Shown here: positions 1 through 9,943 of the stretch, piece after piece
Layout of the letters: each line of letters begins with the position of its first letter
How positions within the stretch are numbered: position 1 is the first letter of the stretch
Assembly (NCBI GenBank): GCA_036506155.1
Contig: DASXSF010000014.1
Coordinates: forward strand, 2,415-26,414
Direction of reading: 5' to 3'
Length of the DNA: 24,000 nucleotides
Source: Jatrophihabitantaceae bacterium
GTDB lineage: Bacteria; Actinomycetota; Actinomycetes; Mycobacteriales; Jatrophihabitantaceae
Program-made: the position numbers and the translations under genes
Notes under the pieces: model-generated
What the model saw: the letters and a program-made list of their open reading frames with translations, nothing else
What the model was told of the DNA's origin: nothing
Database searches by the model: none

Positions 1-2118
1 CCGGCGGCACGGCTGCGGGTGAAGCTGGCGGACCGGTCACCGCGGCAGACGAATCCCTTATTGAGCCTGTTGTCGCAGCTTCTGGAACTTGCCGCAAGCC
101 GGGTCACCGCGACGCAGATCCTCGACCTAGTCGGGGCAGCGCCGGTGCGGCGGCGATTCGGCTTCGATGCCGACGACATCGAGCGATTGCGTGACTGGAC
201 GGTCGCCGCGAACGCTCGCTGGGGACTGGACGCCGAGCACCGTCGCGCGTACCAGCTGAGCAACATCACTCAGGGCACCTGGCGGTCGGCGCTCGACCGG
301 CTCCTACTCGGCGTCGCGATGGAAGAAGGCGTGACCTGGGTCGGCGACACGCTGCCGCTGGACGACGTCGACAGCTCCGACATCGACCTTCTGGGTCGCT
401 TCGCGGAACTCATCGACCGCGTCGACCGAGCCATCCGCGCGTTTAGCGAGAGGCACACCGCGTCGCAATGGGCGCGGCTGCTCGACGACGTGGTCCGCGG
501 TCTGGGCGAGGAAGACCAACCATGGCAGGGCATTCACCTGCAGCGTGAGCTCGGCGAGGTCGCCATGAACGCCGCGGACGCCGATGTCGAGCTCAGCCTC
601 GCGGATATCACCGAACTGCTGCGCGAGCGTCTCGCGGGCCGGCCGACCCGCGCCAGCTTCCGCACCGGCACGCTCACGGTCTGCACGCTCGTCCCGATGC
701 GATCGGTGCCGCACCGGGTGGTCTGCCTGCTCGGCATGGACGATGGCGCGTTTCCGCGGCAGAGCATCGCCGACGGCGACGACGTGCTGGCCCGCGAGCC
801 CCGAACCGGTGAACGCGATGTCCGCAGCGAGGATCGCCAGTTGTTCCTCGACGCGATCTGCTCGGCACAAGAACACTTGATCATCACCTATACCGGTACC
901 GATCCGCGCACGGGTGCCGACGTTCCGCCGTGCGTTCCGCTTAGCGAACTCCTCGACGCTGTCGACGCCACAGCCGTCGCGGCGGACGGCCGCTCCGCCC
1001 GCGATCATGTGATCGTCAGGCACCCGCTGCAACCATTTGATCCACGCAATTTCCTACCGGGCGAGCTGGGAACGCCTCGGCCGTTCTCGTTCGACCCGTC
1101 CGCGCTCGCCGGAGCTCGCGCCGCGGTGCAGCCGAGGACACAGCCGCCCCCGCTTGTTGCGGATCGACTGCCGAATGCTCCGGCCAGCGAAACCGTCAGC
1201 CTGGACGACCTCGTCCGGTTCTTCCAGCACCCGGTGCGTGGCTTCCTCCGTCAGCGTCTGGACATCAGCACCGCTGCCGAAGAAGAGGATCCGGCGGACG
1301 CTCTCACGGTGGAGCTCGACGGCCTTTCGGGGTGGGCGGTCGGTGACCGCGTACTGCAGCAGTGCCTGGCCGGCACGCCGCGACAGACAGCTGCCCGTCT
1401 GGAGCGCCTCCGTGGTGAGCTGCCGCCCGGGCCGCTGGGGACACGGGCCATGCGCGAGATCGGGAGCCGCGTCGACGCGCTGCTGCACGCGTCCGAACTC
1501 GAACGGGCGGACCCAGCAGAATCGGTCGACGTCGCCGTGCCGTTGAGTGACGGACGTACCGTGTCCGGAACGGTCGGCGGCGTCCGCGGCTCGACAATCC
1601 TGGCGGTCACGTACTCGACGCTTGCGCCCAAGCATCGGCTTACAGCCTGGCTGCGTTACCTGGCCATGGTGGCCGCAAGCGGTGACGCCGATTATCGAGC
1701 CGTCACAGTCGGCCGGCGCAGCGACGACGCGCGCCGCTCGATCCTGCACGGAGTCCAGCCGGACATCGCCCGGCGACTGCTCGAACTGCTCGTTCGCATC
1801 CGCGACGCCGGCCTGCGCGAGCCGCTGCCGCTCGTGCTCGAAACTTCCGAGGAGTACGCCACCCGGCGCTCACACGGCGCCATGATCGACGACGCGATCC
1901 CGGCTGCCCGCACGCGCTGGGAAGCCGACCGGTTCCGGCCCGAGCGCGACGATCCCGCGCACGTCCTCGTCTTCGGAGCGAACGCCCCGTTCGCGCGACT
2001 CAACGCTGGCCCGCCGCTCCCCGATGAATGTTTCCCGGACGAACCCACGAGGTTCGGGGCGCTCGCCCGGCTCGTTTGGCAACCGCTGGTCACGGCCGAG
2101 ATCGAGGTGCGGCCGTGA
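1..2118 (+). CDS. recC: Exodeoxyribonuclease V gamma subunit RecC, C-terminal ~705 aa (5' end outside window)
   Basis: Frame 1 is open from nt 1, so the GTG at 19 is not the true start. RecC-like sequence such as LTVCTLVPMRSVPHRVVCLLGMDDGAFPR. Stop TGA 2116-2118 overlaps the recB GTG (GTGA). Gene order is recC-recB-recD. Confidence 0.9.
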   Translation, partial: PAARLRVKLADRSPRQTNPLLSLLSQLLELAASRVTATQILDLVGAAPVRRRFGFDADDIERLRDWTVAANARWGLDAEHRRAYQLSNITQGTWRSALDRLLLGVAMEEGVTWVGDTLPLDDVDSSDIDLLGRFAELIDRVDRAIRAFSERHTASQWARLLDDVVRGLGEEDQPWQGIHLQRELGEVAMNAADADVELSLADITELLRERLAGRPTRASFRTGTLTVCTLVPMRSVPHRVVCLLGMDDGAFPRQSIADGDDVLAREPRTGERDVRSEDRQLFLDAICSAQEHLIITYTGTDPRTGADVPPCVPLSELLDAVDATAVAADGRSARDHVIVRHPLQPFDPRNFLPGELGTPRPFSFDPSALAGARAAVQPRTQPPPLVADRLPNAPASETVSLDDLVRFFQHPVRGFLRQRLDISTAAEEEDPADALTVELDGLSGWAVGDRVLQQCLAGTPRQTAARLERLRGELPPGPLGTRAMREIGSRVDALLHASELERADPAESVDVAVPLSDGRTVSGTVGGVRGSTILAVTYSTLAPKHRLTAWLRYLAMVAASGDADYRAVTVGRRSDDARRSILHGVQPDIARRLLELLVRIRDAGLREPLPLVLETSEEYATRRSHGAMIDDAIPAARTRWEADRFRPERDDPAHVLVFGANAPFARLNAGPPLPDECFPDEPTRFGALARLVWQPLVTAEIEVRP

Positions 2119-5100
2119 CCGACGCAAGGTTCGATCTCCTCGGTGAGCTGCCGCGCGGGACGACGGTCCTCGAGGCGAGCGCGGGAACGGGCAAGACGTT
2201 CACGATCGCCGGTCTGATGACCCGCTACGTCGCCGAGGGCGTGGTACCGCTCGACGAGTTGCTCGTCGTGACGTTCGGGCGCGCCGCGACCCAGGAGCTA
2301 CGCGACCGGGTCCGGGAGCGGCTGGTCACGGCTCGCGACGGGCTGCGTGACGTAGCGGCCGCGCGAGCCGGGGACGACCAACTGCTTCGCCACCTCGCAA
2401 CCGGCAGTGACAGCGACGTGGACAGCAGGCGGCAGCGGCTGGTCGCGGCGCTCGCCTCATTCGATGCCGCCACGGTCGTCACGACACACCAGTTCTGCCA
2501 GCAGATGCTCATCGGGCTGGGCACGGCGGGAGACGTCGACGCACACTCCGTGTTGGTGGAGAACCTCGACGACCTCGTCACCGAGGTCGTGCAGGACCTG
2601 TACCTGCGCAAGTGGGGACACGGCGATGTGCTCGATCCGCCGATGAACCTGAAGACCGCGCAGGAGCTGGCCCGGACCGTCGTGGAGGACGGGCAGGCCA
2701 TCCTCGTGCCCGATGTAGACGACGACAACCTGGCTGGGTTGCGGGTGCGGTTCGCCCACGCCGTCCGGGACGAAGTCGACCGTCGCAAACGCGCGCGCCG
2801 CGTGCTCGGCTTCGACGATCTGCTCACCCGCCTGCAGCAGACACTCGCTGACCCGCAGACCGGTCCAGCCGCCGTGGCACGACTACGCGGCCGCTATCGC
2901 ATTGTCCTGGTCGACGAGTTCCAGGACACCGATCCGGTGCAATGGGACGTCTTGCGCATGGCATTCCACGGCGCGGCGACGCTGGTGCTCGTCGGCGACC
3001 CCAAGCAGGCGATCTACGCCTTTCGCGGTGCCGATGTGCAGGCTTACCTTGCCGCCGCTGAGCTGGCCGATCACCGGGCGACGCTTGGCCAGAACTGGCG
3101 CAGCGACCCGGATCTGCTACGCGGCCTCGATGCGCTGTTCCGCGGCGCGGCGCTCGGCGACCCGCGGATCGTGGTGGGGCCGGTGTCCGCCGCGCATGCA
3201 GGTCGGTCGCTGGAGAGCGCCGAAGCGCCCGTGCGTGTCCGGCTCGTGCAGCGGGAGGGCAGTGAGACGCCCGGCGTCGACACCGCGCGACGCCTCGTGG
3301 TTCAGGACGTCGTGCGTGAAGTGGTCGGACTGCTGAACAGCCAAAAGACCCTGCACCCGCGGGAGAACACACCCGGCCGCCCGCTACGACCCGCGGACAT
3401 CGCCGTGATTGTCCGCACCAATGCGCAACTCGACCTGGTCCACGAGGCTTTGCTCGCGGCCCGCGTCCCGTCCGTGCGACGCACGACATCGAGCGTCTTC
3501 CGGACCTCTGCGGCAGGCGACTGGATCGTGCTGCTCGAAGCGCTGGAGCAGCCCCACCGCTCCGGCCGCCTGCGCCGACTGGCGGTATCACCGTTCGTGG
3601 GGTGGGATGCGGCGGCACTGGAGGGCAACGACGTCGACGAACTCGGGCTCCGGTTGCGGCACTGGCTGCGGATGTACGAGGAGCGCGGGGTTGCCGCTCT
3701 GCTCGAGACGATCACGCGCGACGAACGTCTGCCGGAAAGGCTGCTCGGTCAGGTCGACGGCGAGCGCCGGCTGACCGACCTTCGCCATGTGGCTGAGGCA
3801 CTGCATGCCGCATCGATGACCGGGCAGTTAGGCCTGACGGCTGGACTGGAATGGCTTCGACACCGTGTCGAGGAGGCCGAAGAGGACTCCTCGGTCGAGC
3901 GGGGGCGCCGACTCGACTCGGAGGCGGCCGCGGTGCAGGTCGTCACCGTCCATGCGAGCAAGGGTCTGGAGTTTCCGGTCGTCCTGGCGCCGTTCGGGTG
4001 GGACAAGCATGTGTTCGATCCGGAAATTCCGCTGTTCCACGAGGAGAGTTCCGGCCGGCGCGTCCGAAACGTGGGCGGGCGAAACAGCCTCGGCTTCCGG
4101 CATGACCAGGCCCGCCACCGGAACGAGGAATTCGGCGAGGATCTGCGACTGCTCTACGTCGCGCTCACCCGGGCGCAGTCGCAGGTGATCACCTGGTGGG
4201 CGCCTAGCACGCGAAACACCGTCTGTGCACCGCTGCACCGTCTGCTCTTCACCGAGTCACCGGCGAACGGAGTGCCGGAGCGCAGGCAAGTTCCGAGCGA
4301 CTCGAGGGCTCTCGCCGGAGCTTCGGCGCTTGCCGTGCGCGGCTGCCTGTCGGTGTCGGTGGCGTCCGGGGGCGCGCTGTCGTGGGAGCAGCCGCCGACG
4401 GTGGCGAGGGCGCTGTCGGCAGCGACCCTCGGCCGTCTGCTGGACACCTCGTGGCGGCGCACCTCGTACACCGCGCTGACCGCAGCAGTGCACGATGCCG
4501 CTCCGGCCGTCGCCTCGGAGCCAGAGGTTGATCAGAAGGACGACGAGCCGATAACGGCTATGCCGGCGGCCGCACCGGGCGATCTCCACGACGTGATATC
4601 GCCGATGGATGCGCTGCCTGGCGGCACCGCATTCGGGACGATCGTCCACGCCGTGCTGGAAAACGTCGACCCGACCTCCGCCGATCTTGCCGGCGCGGTC
4701 AGTGAGCAGGTGGCGGCGCAACTGTCCTGGTCAGGGTTGGCCGAACTGGATCATGACCAGCTGACTGCTGCCCTGCTTCCGGCGCTGCGTACACCCCTCG
4801 GAGACATCGTCGACGGTCGCACCCTCGCCGACATCGCGCCGCAAGATCGGCTCACCGAGCTCGACTTCGAGTTGCCGGTGCGGGGCGGTGATCGTCCGGA
4901 TGGGACGTCCCGGCTGGTCGAGCTTGCCGACCTGCTGCACGAGCATCTACGGACCGACGACCCGCTTGCGGGATACGCCGACCTGCTCAGCGATCCTGTC
5001 CTGAGCGAGGTGGTGTTCAAGGGCTATCTCGCTGGCAGCATCGATGCGGTCCTGCGTGTGGATGGCCGCTACGTCGTCGTCGACTACAAGACGAACCGGC

Positions 5101-5411
5101 TCGGCGTGCCGGATGCGCCACTGACCGCGTGGGACTACCGAGTCACCGCGATGGCCGAGGCAATGATCCAGGCGCACTACCCGCTGCAGGCGCTGCTGTA
5201 CGACGTGGCCTTGCACCGGTTCCTGCGTTGGCGACTTGCCGACTACGACCCGGCCCGGCACCTAGGCGGAGTGCTGTACCTGTTTCTGCGCGGGATGTGC
5301 GGCCCGGACATCCGGTTTGCCGACGGCACCATCCCCGGGGTGTTCGCCTGGCAGCCGCCGGCGACCCTGGTGACGGCAGCGTCCGACCTCCTCGCAGCGG
5401 GCCGACGATGA
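2115..5411 (+). CDS. recB: Exodeoxyribonuclease V beta subunit RecB (UvrD-like helicase + PD-(D/E)XK nuclease), ~1098 aa
   Basis: Start taken as GTG 2115 (VTDARFDLLGELPRGTTVLEASAGTGKTF) rather than the ORF-track ATG 2028, which lies inside recC. Walker A is ASAGTGKTF and motif II is VLVDEFQDTD. The C-terminal nuclease motif is GSIDAVLRVDGRYVVVDYKTN. Confidence 0.92.
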   Translation: MTDARFDLLGELPRGTTVLEASAGTGKTFTIAGLMTRYVAEGVVPLDELLVVTFGRAATQELRDRVRERLVTARDGLRDVAAARAGDDQLLRHLATGSDSDVDSRRQRLVAALASFDAATVVTTHQFCQQMLIGLGTAGDVDAHSVLVENLDDLVTEVVQDLYLRKWGHGDVLDPPMNLKTAQELARTVVEDGQAILVPDVDDDNLAGLRVRFAHAVRDEVDRRKRARRVLGFDDLLTRLQQTLADPQTGPAAVARLRGRYRIVLVDEFQDTDPVQWDVLRMAFHGAATLVLVGDPKQAIYAFRGADVQAYLAAAELADHRATLGQNWRSDPDLLRGLDALFRGAALGDPRIVVGPVSAAHAGRSLESAEAPVRVRLVQREGSETPGVDTARRLVVQDVVREVVGLLNSQKTLHPRENTPGRPLRPADIAVIVRTNAQLDLVHEALLAARVPSVRRTTSSVFRTSAAGDWIVLLEALEQPHRSGRLRRLAVSPFVGWDAAALEGNDVDELGLRLRHWLRMYEERGVAALLETITRDERLPERLLGQVDGERRLTDLRHVAEALHAASMTGQLGLTAGLEWLRHRVEEAEEDSSVERGRRLDSEAAAVQVVTVHASKGLEFPVVLAPFGWDKHVFDPEIPLFHEESSGRRVRNVGGRNSLGFRHDQARHRNEEFGEDLRLLYVALTRAQSQVITWWAPSTRNTVCAPLHRLLFTESPANGVPERRQVPSDSRALAGASALAVRGCLSVSVASGGALSWEQPPTVARALSAATLGRLLDTSWRRTSYTALTAAVHDAAPAVASEPEVDQKDDEPITAMPAAAPGDLHDVISPMDALPGGTAFGTIVHAVLENVDPTSADLAGAVSEQVAAQLSWSGLAELDHDQLTAALLPALRTPLGDIVDGRTLADIAPQDRLTELDFELPVRGGDRPDGTSRLVELADLLHEHLRTDDPLAGYADLLSDPVLSEVVFKGYLAGSIDAVLRVDGRYVVVDYKTNRLGVPDAPLTAWDYRVTAMAEAMIQAHYPLQALLYDVALHRFLRWRLADYDPARHLGGVLYLFLRGMCGPDIRFADGTIPGVFAWQPPATLVTAASDLLAAGRR

Positions 5412-7291
5412 CGTCCCTTCACGTCGCGCGAGCCGCCGGTCTGCTCGGTGTATTCGACCAGGCGGGCATCCTCGCCCCGGCCGATGTACACGTCGCAATG
5501 CGACTTGGCGCGCTGACCGGCGAGAACGACGACCGAGTGCTCCTCGCGATCGCGCTGACCGTTCGCAACACCAGGCATGGCTCGGTTGTCCTCGACCTCG
5601 CCGACGCAGCCACGACCGTCACAGCGGATGCGGACGATTCGGAACTGATCGAGAACGGCGAGCTGTCCTGGCCTGCTCCCGAGGAGTGGATCGCCGCCTG
5701 CGCAGCAAGTCCGGTTGTCGCTGACGCCCCGGGCGGTTCACCTGTGCGTCTCGTCGGCTCCCGTCTCTGGCTGGATCGCTACTGGCGCCAAGAGGCCCAG
5801 GTCGCCGAGGAGCTCTTGCATCGAAGCGCGCAGCGCCCGGCCGATCTCGACCTGGCCGTCCTCGGCTCCGATCTGGAGTCCCTGTTCAGCAGCACGTCGG
5901 ATGCCGACCAGCGCCTGGCCACCTGCGTCGCTGCATTGTCGCGGGTCAGCGTCATCGGCGGCGGACCGGGCACCGGCAAGACAACAACCATAGCGCGGCT
6001 GATCACAGCGCTTCGCCGGCAGCGCCCCGAGCTTCGCATCGCACTCGCCGCCCCTACCGGCAAGGCGGCAGCCCGGCTGGAGGAGGCGGTGCGATCGGCC
6101 AGCGGATCGCTTACCGCCCACGACCGCGGGCAGCTCGCGGGCATGTCCGCCTCCACGCTGCACCGCCTGCTCGGCCGGCGCCCGGGCGTCGCCAGCCGCT
6201 TCCGCCACGACCGGGAGAACCGACTGCCGTTCGACGTGGTGATCGTCGACGAGGCCTCGATGGTGTCGTTGACCCTGATGGCACGGCTTCTCGAGGCGCT
6301 TGCCCCGCCGGCTCGCCTCGTTCTCGTCGGCGACCCCGATCAACTCGCCTCCGTCGAAGCCGGTGCCGTGCTCGGTGATCTCGTGGAACACGACGACGTG
6401 GGCCGCCGCACCGAGTCCTTTCGCGCCATGCTCCAGGAAGCGATCCCTGGCCTGGACTGTCCCGTGCGCCAGAGCACACCCGCAGCGGCGCTTCGGGAAT
6501 CAGTAGCACTGCTGCGGACCGTGCACCGCTTCGGGGCCGGCGGACCGATTGCCCATCTGGCAGAGCACGTCCGGGCTGGCCGCGCCGATGAGACACTCGC
6601 CCTGTTGACCGATCCACCAGACGGCATAGCGTTCCACCTGACGCCCGACGACGAACCAGTGTCCGGTGCCGCACTGGAGGCCCTGCGCGGACAACTCGTG
6701 CACGAGAAGGCGGTCATCGACGCGGCCCGATCGGGAGACGTCGAGCATGCGCTCGATGCACTGGAACGTCATCGCATGCTCTGCGCACACCGCGCCGGGC
6801 CGCGCGGGGTGCGGCACTGGAGCGACGCCATCGAACGCTGGCTGGCCGCGGACGATCCATTGCTGACGCCGCGCCTCGACGGGCGATACGCCGGGCAGCC
6901 GCTGCTCGTGACGTCAAACGACTACGAGAACAGCCTTTACAACGGCGACACCGGCGTCGTCATAAACCAAGGCGATGAACTTGCCGCCGCCTTTCGCCGC
7001 GGCGGCGAGCCGGTCATCCTGCCGCTAGTGCGGTTGTCCGAGGTCCGCCCGATGCACGTGATAACCGTGCATCGCGCGCAAGGAAGCCAATTCGAGGAAG
7101 TCACCGTGCTACTCCCCCCAGCAACCTCGCCCCTCGCGACCCGCCAGACCTTCTACACCGCGATCACCCGCGCATCGAAGCTCGTCCGCCTGATCGGCTC
7201 GCAAGAGGCCGTCCTCGCCAGCGTCAACAGGCGAGCCGCAAGAGCGACCGGTCTGCGCGACCGCCTCGCAGGCCGCCTGGGAGCAGCTTAG
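5408..7291 (+). CDS. recD: Exodeoxyribonuclease V alpha subunit RecD (SF1 helicase), ~627 aa
   Basis: ATG 5408 overlaps the recB stop (ATGA, 5408-5411). N-terminus is MTSLHVARAAGLLGVFDQAG. Walker A is GGGPGTGKTTT, Walker B is VVIVDEASMV, and the late helicase motif is ITVHRAQGSQFEEV. The ORF-track start at 5129 lies inside recB. Confidence 0.92.
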   Translation: MTSLHVARAAGLLGVFDQAGILAPADVHVAMRLGALTGENDDRVLLAIALTVRNTRHGSVVLDLADAATTVTADADDSELIENGELSWPAPEEWIAACAASPVVADAPGGSPVRLVGSRLWLDRYWRQEAQVAEELLHRSAQRPADLDLAVLGSDLESLFSSTSDADQRLATCVAALSRVSVIGGGPGTGKTTTIARLITALRRQRPELRIALAAPTGKAAARLEEAVRSASGSLTAHDRGQLAGMSASTLHRLLGRRPGVASRFRHDRENRLPFDVVIVDEASMVSLTLMARLLEALAPPARLVLVGDPDQLASVEAGAVLGDLVEHDDVGRRTESFRAMLQEAIPGLDCPVRQSTPAAALRESVALLRTVHRFGAGGPIAHLAEHVRAGRADETLALLTDPPDGIAFHLTPDDEPVSGAALEALRGQLVHEKAVIDAARSGDVEHALDALERHRMLCAHRAGPRGVRHWSDAIERWLAADDPLLTPRLDGRYAGQPLLVTSNDYENSLYNGDTGVVINQGDELAAAFRRGGEPVILPLVRLSEVRPMHVITVHRAQGSQFEEVTVLLPPATSPLATRQTFYTAITRASKLVRLIGSQEAVLASVNRRAARATGLRDRLAGRLGAA

Positions 7292-7360
7292 GCCGACGTG
7301 CTGCCACGCGCGGCGGCTATCTAGTCGGGGAGGAGTGTCAACGCCTCGACGTGGCGTGGC

Positions 7361-9884
7361 CTACCGCCGTCGGGGGTCGGGGAAGCCGAGACGAACGTAG
7401 CCGGGCGCGCGCTTCGCTAACGATGAGGCGAGCACGCCGGTGCGGGCGTCGTGGTAGTCGTGGACCTCCGCCGTCTCCTTGCCTGGATGTGCTCGCAGGA
7501 TGCGCCCGACGTACTGCTCGAGCGGGGCTTTGAAGGCGATGGGTGCGGTGAGGAAGAGGGTGTCCAGCGCGGGGCAGTCGAAGCCTTCGCCGATGTAGGA
7601 GGCGGTTGCAACCGCCAGCAGCGGTTGTCCTTCGGACGGTTTGGTGAGCCTGGCTAGGGCGGCGGCTCGCGCTCTGGCGCCCATTCCGCCGCGCAGCAAG
7701 ACCGGATCGTGCCCGTGTTCGCGGAGCGCGGCGTCGAGGCGTTCGAGATGGGTAGTCCATCGGGTCAAGACGAGGCAGTTGCGGCCGCGGGCGAGTGCGT
7801 CGAGGACGTCGTCGACGATCTGCCGGTTGCGGTCCTCGTCCGCGGCAAGGTCGCGGTAGACGGCCGGCATGCCGCCCGGCGCGGACGGCTCGATGCTGCC
7901 GTTGTAGGTGAACGCGGTTGAGTGGACCTGCAAGACGGGGTGCGGTGGGGCGAGCTCGGTGGATCGGCTGGTCAGCGTGCCAGGTTCCGGGGGCCTCATC
8001 GTGTATCGGGCCGGCCCGAGCTGCAGCCCGATGAGATCGTCGAGTTGGTCGCGCCGGTACGGGGTCGCGGTCAGGCCGATCCAGCGTCGGGCCGGGATCT
8101 GCTTGACCGCACGCTCGAATGCTGCGGCGGGTACGTGGTGGCATTCGTCGACGACGACAAGCCCGTAGCCAGCCGTTAACGCGCGGATGTCGTCGTGGCG
8201 GACCAGCGATTGCAGCATGGCGACATCGACGGTGCCGCGGGTCTTCCTGCGTCCGCCGCCGAGCTGCCCGGCGTTGACTCCAAGGTGTTCGGCGAGCCGG
8301 CTGCGCCACTGGTCGGCCAGGGCTTTCCGGTCGACGAGCACCAAGGTTGTGGTTGCGTGCCGCGCGATGAGCGCGCAGGCGATGACCGTCTTTCCGGCAC
8401 CGGGGCGGTGCGACGAGAACGCCGAGGTCGTGTCCTGCCAGGGCGTCGACGGCGGCCTGCTGCGCGGGTTCGAGGATCGCCGCCGACTCGTACTCTCTGT
8501 CTGTTCCGGTGCTGCGTTCGTCGATGATCTCCAATCGGCTTCCTGCCTGCATTGCCACGTCGCCGAGCCGGTCGAGCAACCCGCGGGGTAGTACGAGGCT
8601 GCCGTCGAGGGTTTCGTCATAGTTGACGAGGAACCGGGGCACGTTCCATGTGGAGGCACGTAGGCGCTGCCGTTCGTAGAACACCGGGTTTGGCATCGAG
8701 GCGGCATGCTTGAGGGTCGCGGCCAGTGCCGGTGTGAGGTCTGCGCCGTGAACAGTGACGCCGGCGCCCAGGCGAACGTGCACGATGGGCGGGATCTGTG
8801 GGACGGTGCGGGTCGCGGTCGGCTCCGCGAGCCGGGTTACCTCGGCGCCGACGGCGACGCGGCCGAATCGCCCGACGAGCCGCTTTGCCTCTCGCGGGGT
8901 CAGGCGAGGCAGGCTGGACAGATACGCCCACTGGTCGGCGAACGGTTCCAGTGTGGCGACGTCGAGGAACACCGTCGCCCCGTGATCGCGGTGGTGGCGA
9001 TGCAGCGGCGCAGCGATCAGGTTGCCGATACTGCCGGTGGCAGGCAGCACGTCCTGCGACGGGAACAGCCGGTCATAGCTCGTCAGACTCATGTGGCCGC
9101 GGATGGACATTGCCTCGCGGAGTAGCCCGGTCCCGATCTGGCGGGCGGTGCTGGCCGGCACCGCTGTGCTGAAGAAGATCCACACATGCGCGCCCGTGCC
9201 CGAGCGAGAGACCTCCAACCCAGTGGCCACCCCCGCCGCGTGGGCTGCCTTCAGGTAGGCCAGGGCATCCAGCATCGCCGTCCGTCCGTCGAAGTCGGCG
9301 GCCAGCCACCAGCAGAGGTCCCCGTCCAGCAACGGGTACAGCCCGATCTCCGTCCCCCCCGACAGGTGCGCCACAACCACGTCGTCAGTCAGCGGCAGGT
9401 AGTCGCGGCGCGCGGCATCCTTGTGCCAACGGCCACGAACGGCGGGCATCCAGCCCGACCTGCCCGTGCGCCGGTTCTCCCACCGGACCGCGTACACGTC
9501 CGCGCGCGCGGCGAACAACGCTCGGTAGAAGGCGACCTTCTTCTCCGACGACGACCCGTTGTCCACCGAACCCGGCGGTGCGTCGAAGATGCCGGTCTGC
9601 GTCGGACCTGGCAGCCGCGCCTCACCGGGGCGCAGATCGAGCAGCCGCTGCAACCGAGCGTTCTCGGCCCGAAGTCGGTCCAATTCGGCGTACAGCGCAA
9701 CCGCGTCGCTCCCGTCGGCACCGCCTCGCGCATTCCACCCGCCGCGCACGTCGGCCACGCTATGCACCCGAGACCCATCGACGGCAGCGGCTCCGCGGCG
9801 AACCCGATCCTTTATGCGGCGGATCACCGATCCGGCGACTTGCCGCGAGGCAGGGACAGGACCACTCAGCGAATTTCCACCCAT
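7361..9884 (-). pseudogene. AEP (primase-polymerase) domain fused to DExH/XPB-like SF2 helicase, interrupted by a +1 nt frameshift at the G4 run 8402-8405 (about 840 aa if repaired)
   Basis: Protein-like sequence passes from the frame of ORF 7338..10034 to the frame of ORF 7361..8707 at ...GVLVAPP|[15 protein letters not shown] motifs are WWLAADFDG, SRSGTGAHVWIFF and SYDRLFPSQD. Helicase motifs are [23 protein letters not shown] and QYVGRILR. The total length 2524 nt equals 3n+1. The start is uncertain: ATG 9884 is the most upstream plausible one, and several in-frame GTGs lie downstream. Confidence 0.75.
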
Positions 9885-9897
9885 CCACAGTTCTCTA

Positions 9898-9934
9898 CAG
9901 CGGTACCTTGCCGTGAATCGGGCGTCCACCGCTG
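9898..9934. promoter_or_regulatory. Inverted repeat CAGCGGT-N23-ACCGCTG in the 59-bp divergent gap between the AEP-helicase and integrase genes
   Basis: Perfect 7-bp arms at 9898-9904 and 9928-9934 in the only intergenic space available for both promoters. The function is inferred, not demonstrated. Confidence 0.3.
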
Positions 9935-9943
9935 CCGGTCGGA

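Noticed and set aside
1-7291. recBCD itself as the novel system
   Set aside because: It has the canonical gene order, motifs and sizes for actinobacterial RecBCD (exonuclease V). I saw nothing unusual beyond tight translational coupling.
7330-7347. Possible second (left) att copy: GAGGAGTGTCAACGCCTC versus the T-arm segment GAGGGACTCGAACCCTC
   Set aside because: It sits at the position expected for the other element end, between recD and the helicase stop. It only reaches about 14 matches with several gaps in a GC-rich background, which is not distinguishable from chance without statistics or comparative data.
7292-7360. Terminator between convergent recD and the helicase gene (GCCACGC ... 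GCGTGGC, and CGACGTG direct repeat)
   Set aside because: The 7-bp arms are separated by roughly 30 nt with no U-tract, so this is too weak to call a terminator.
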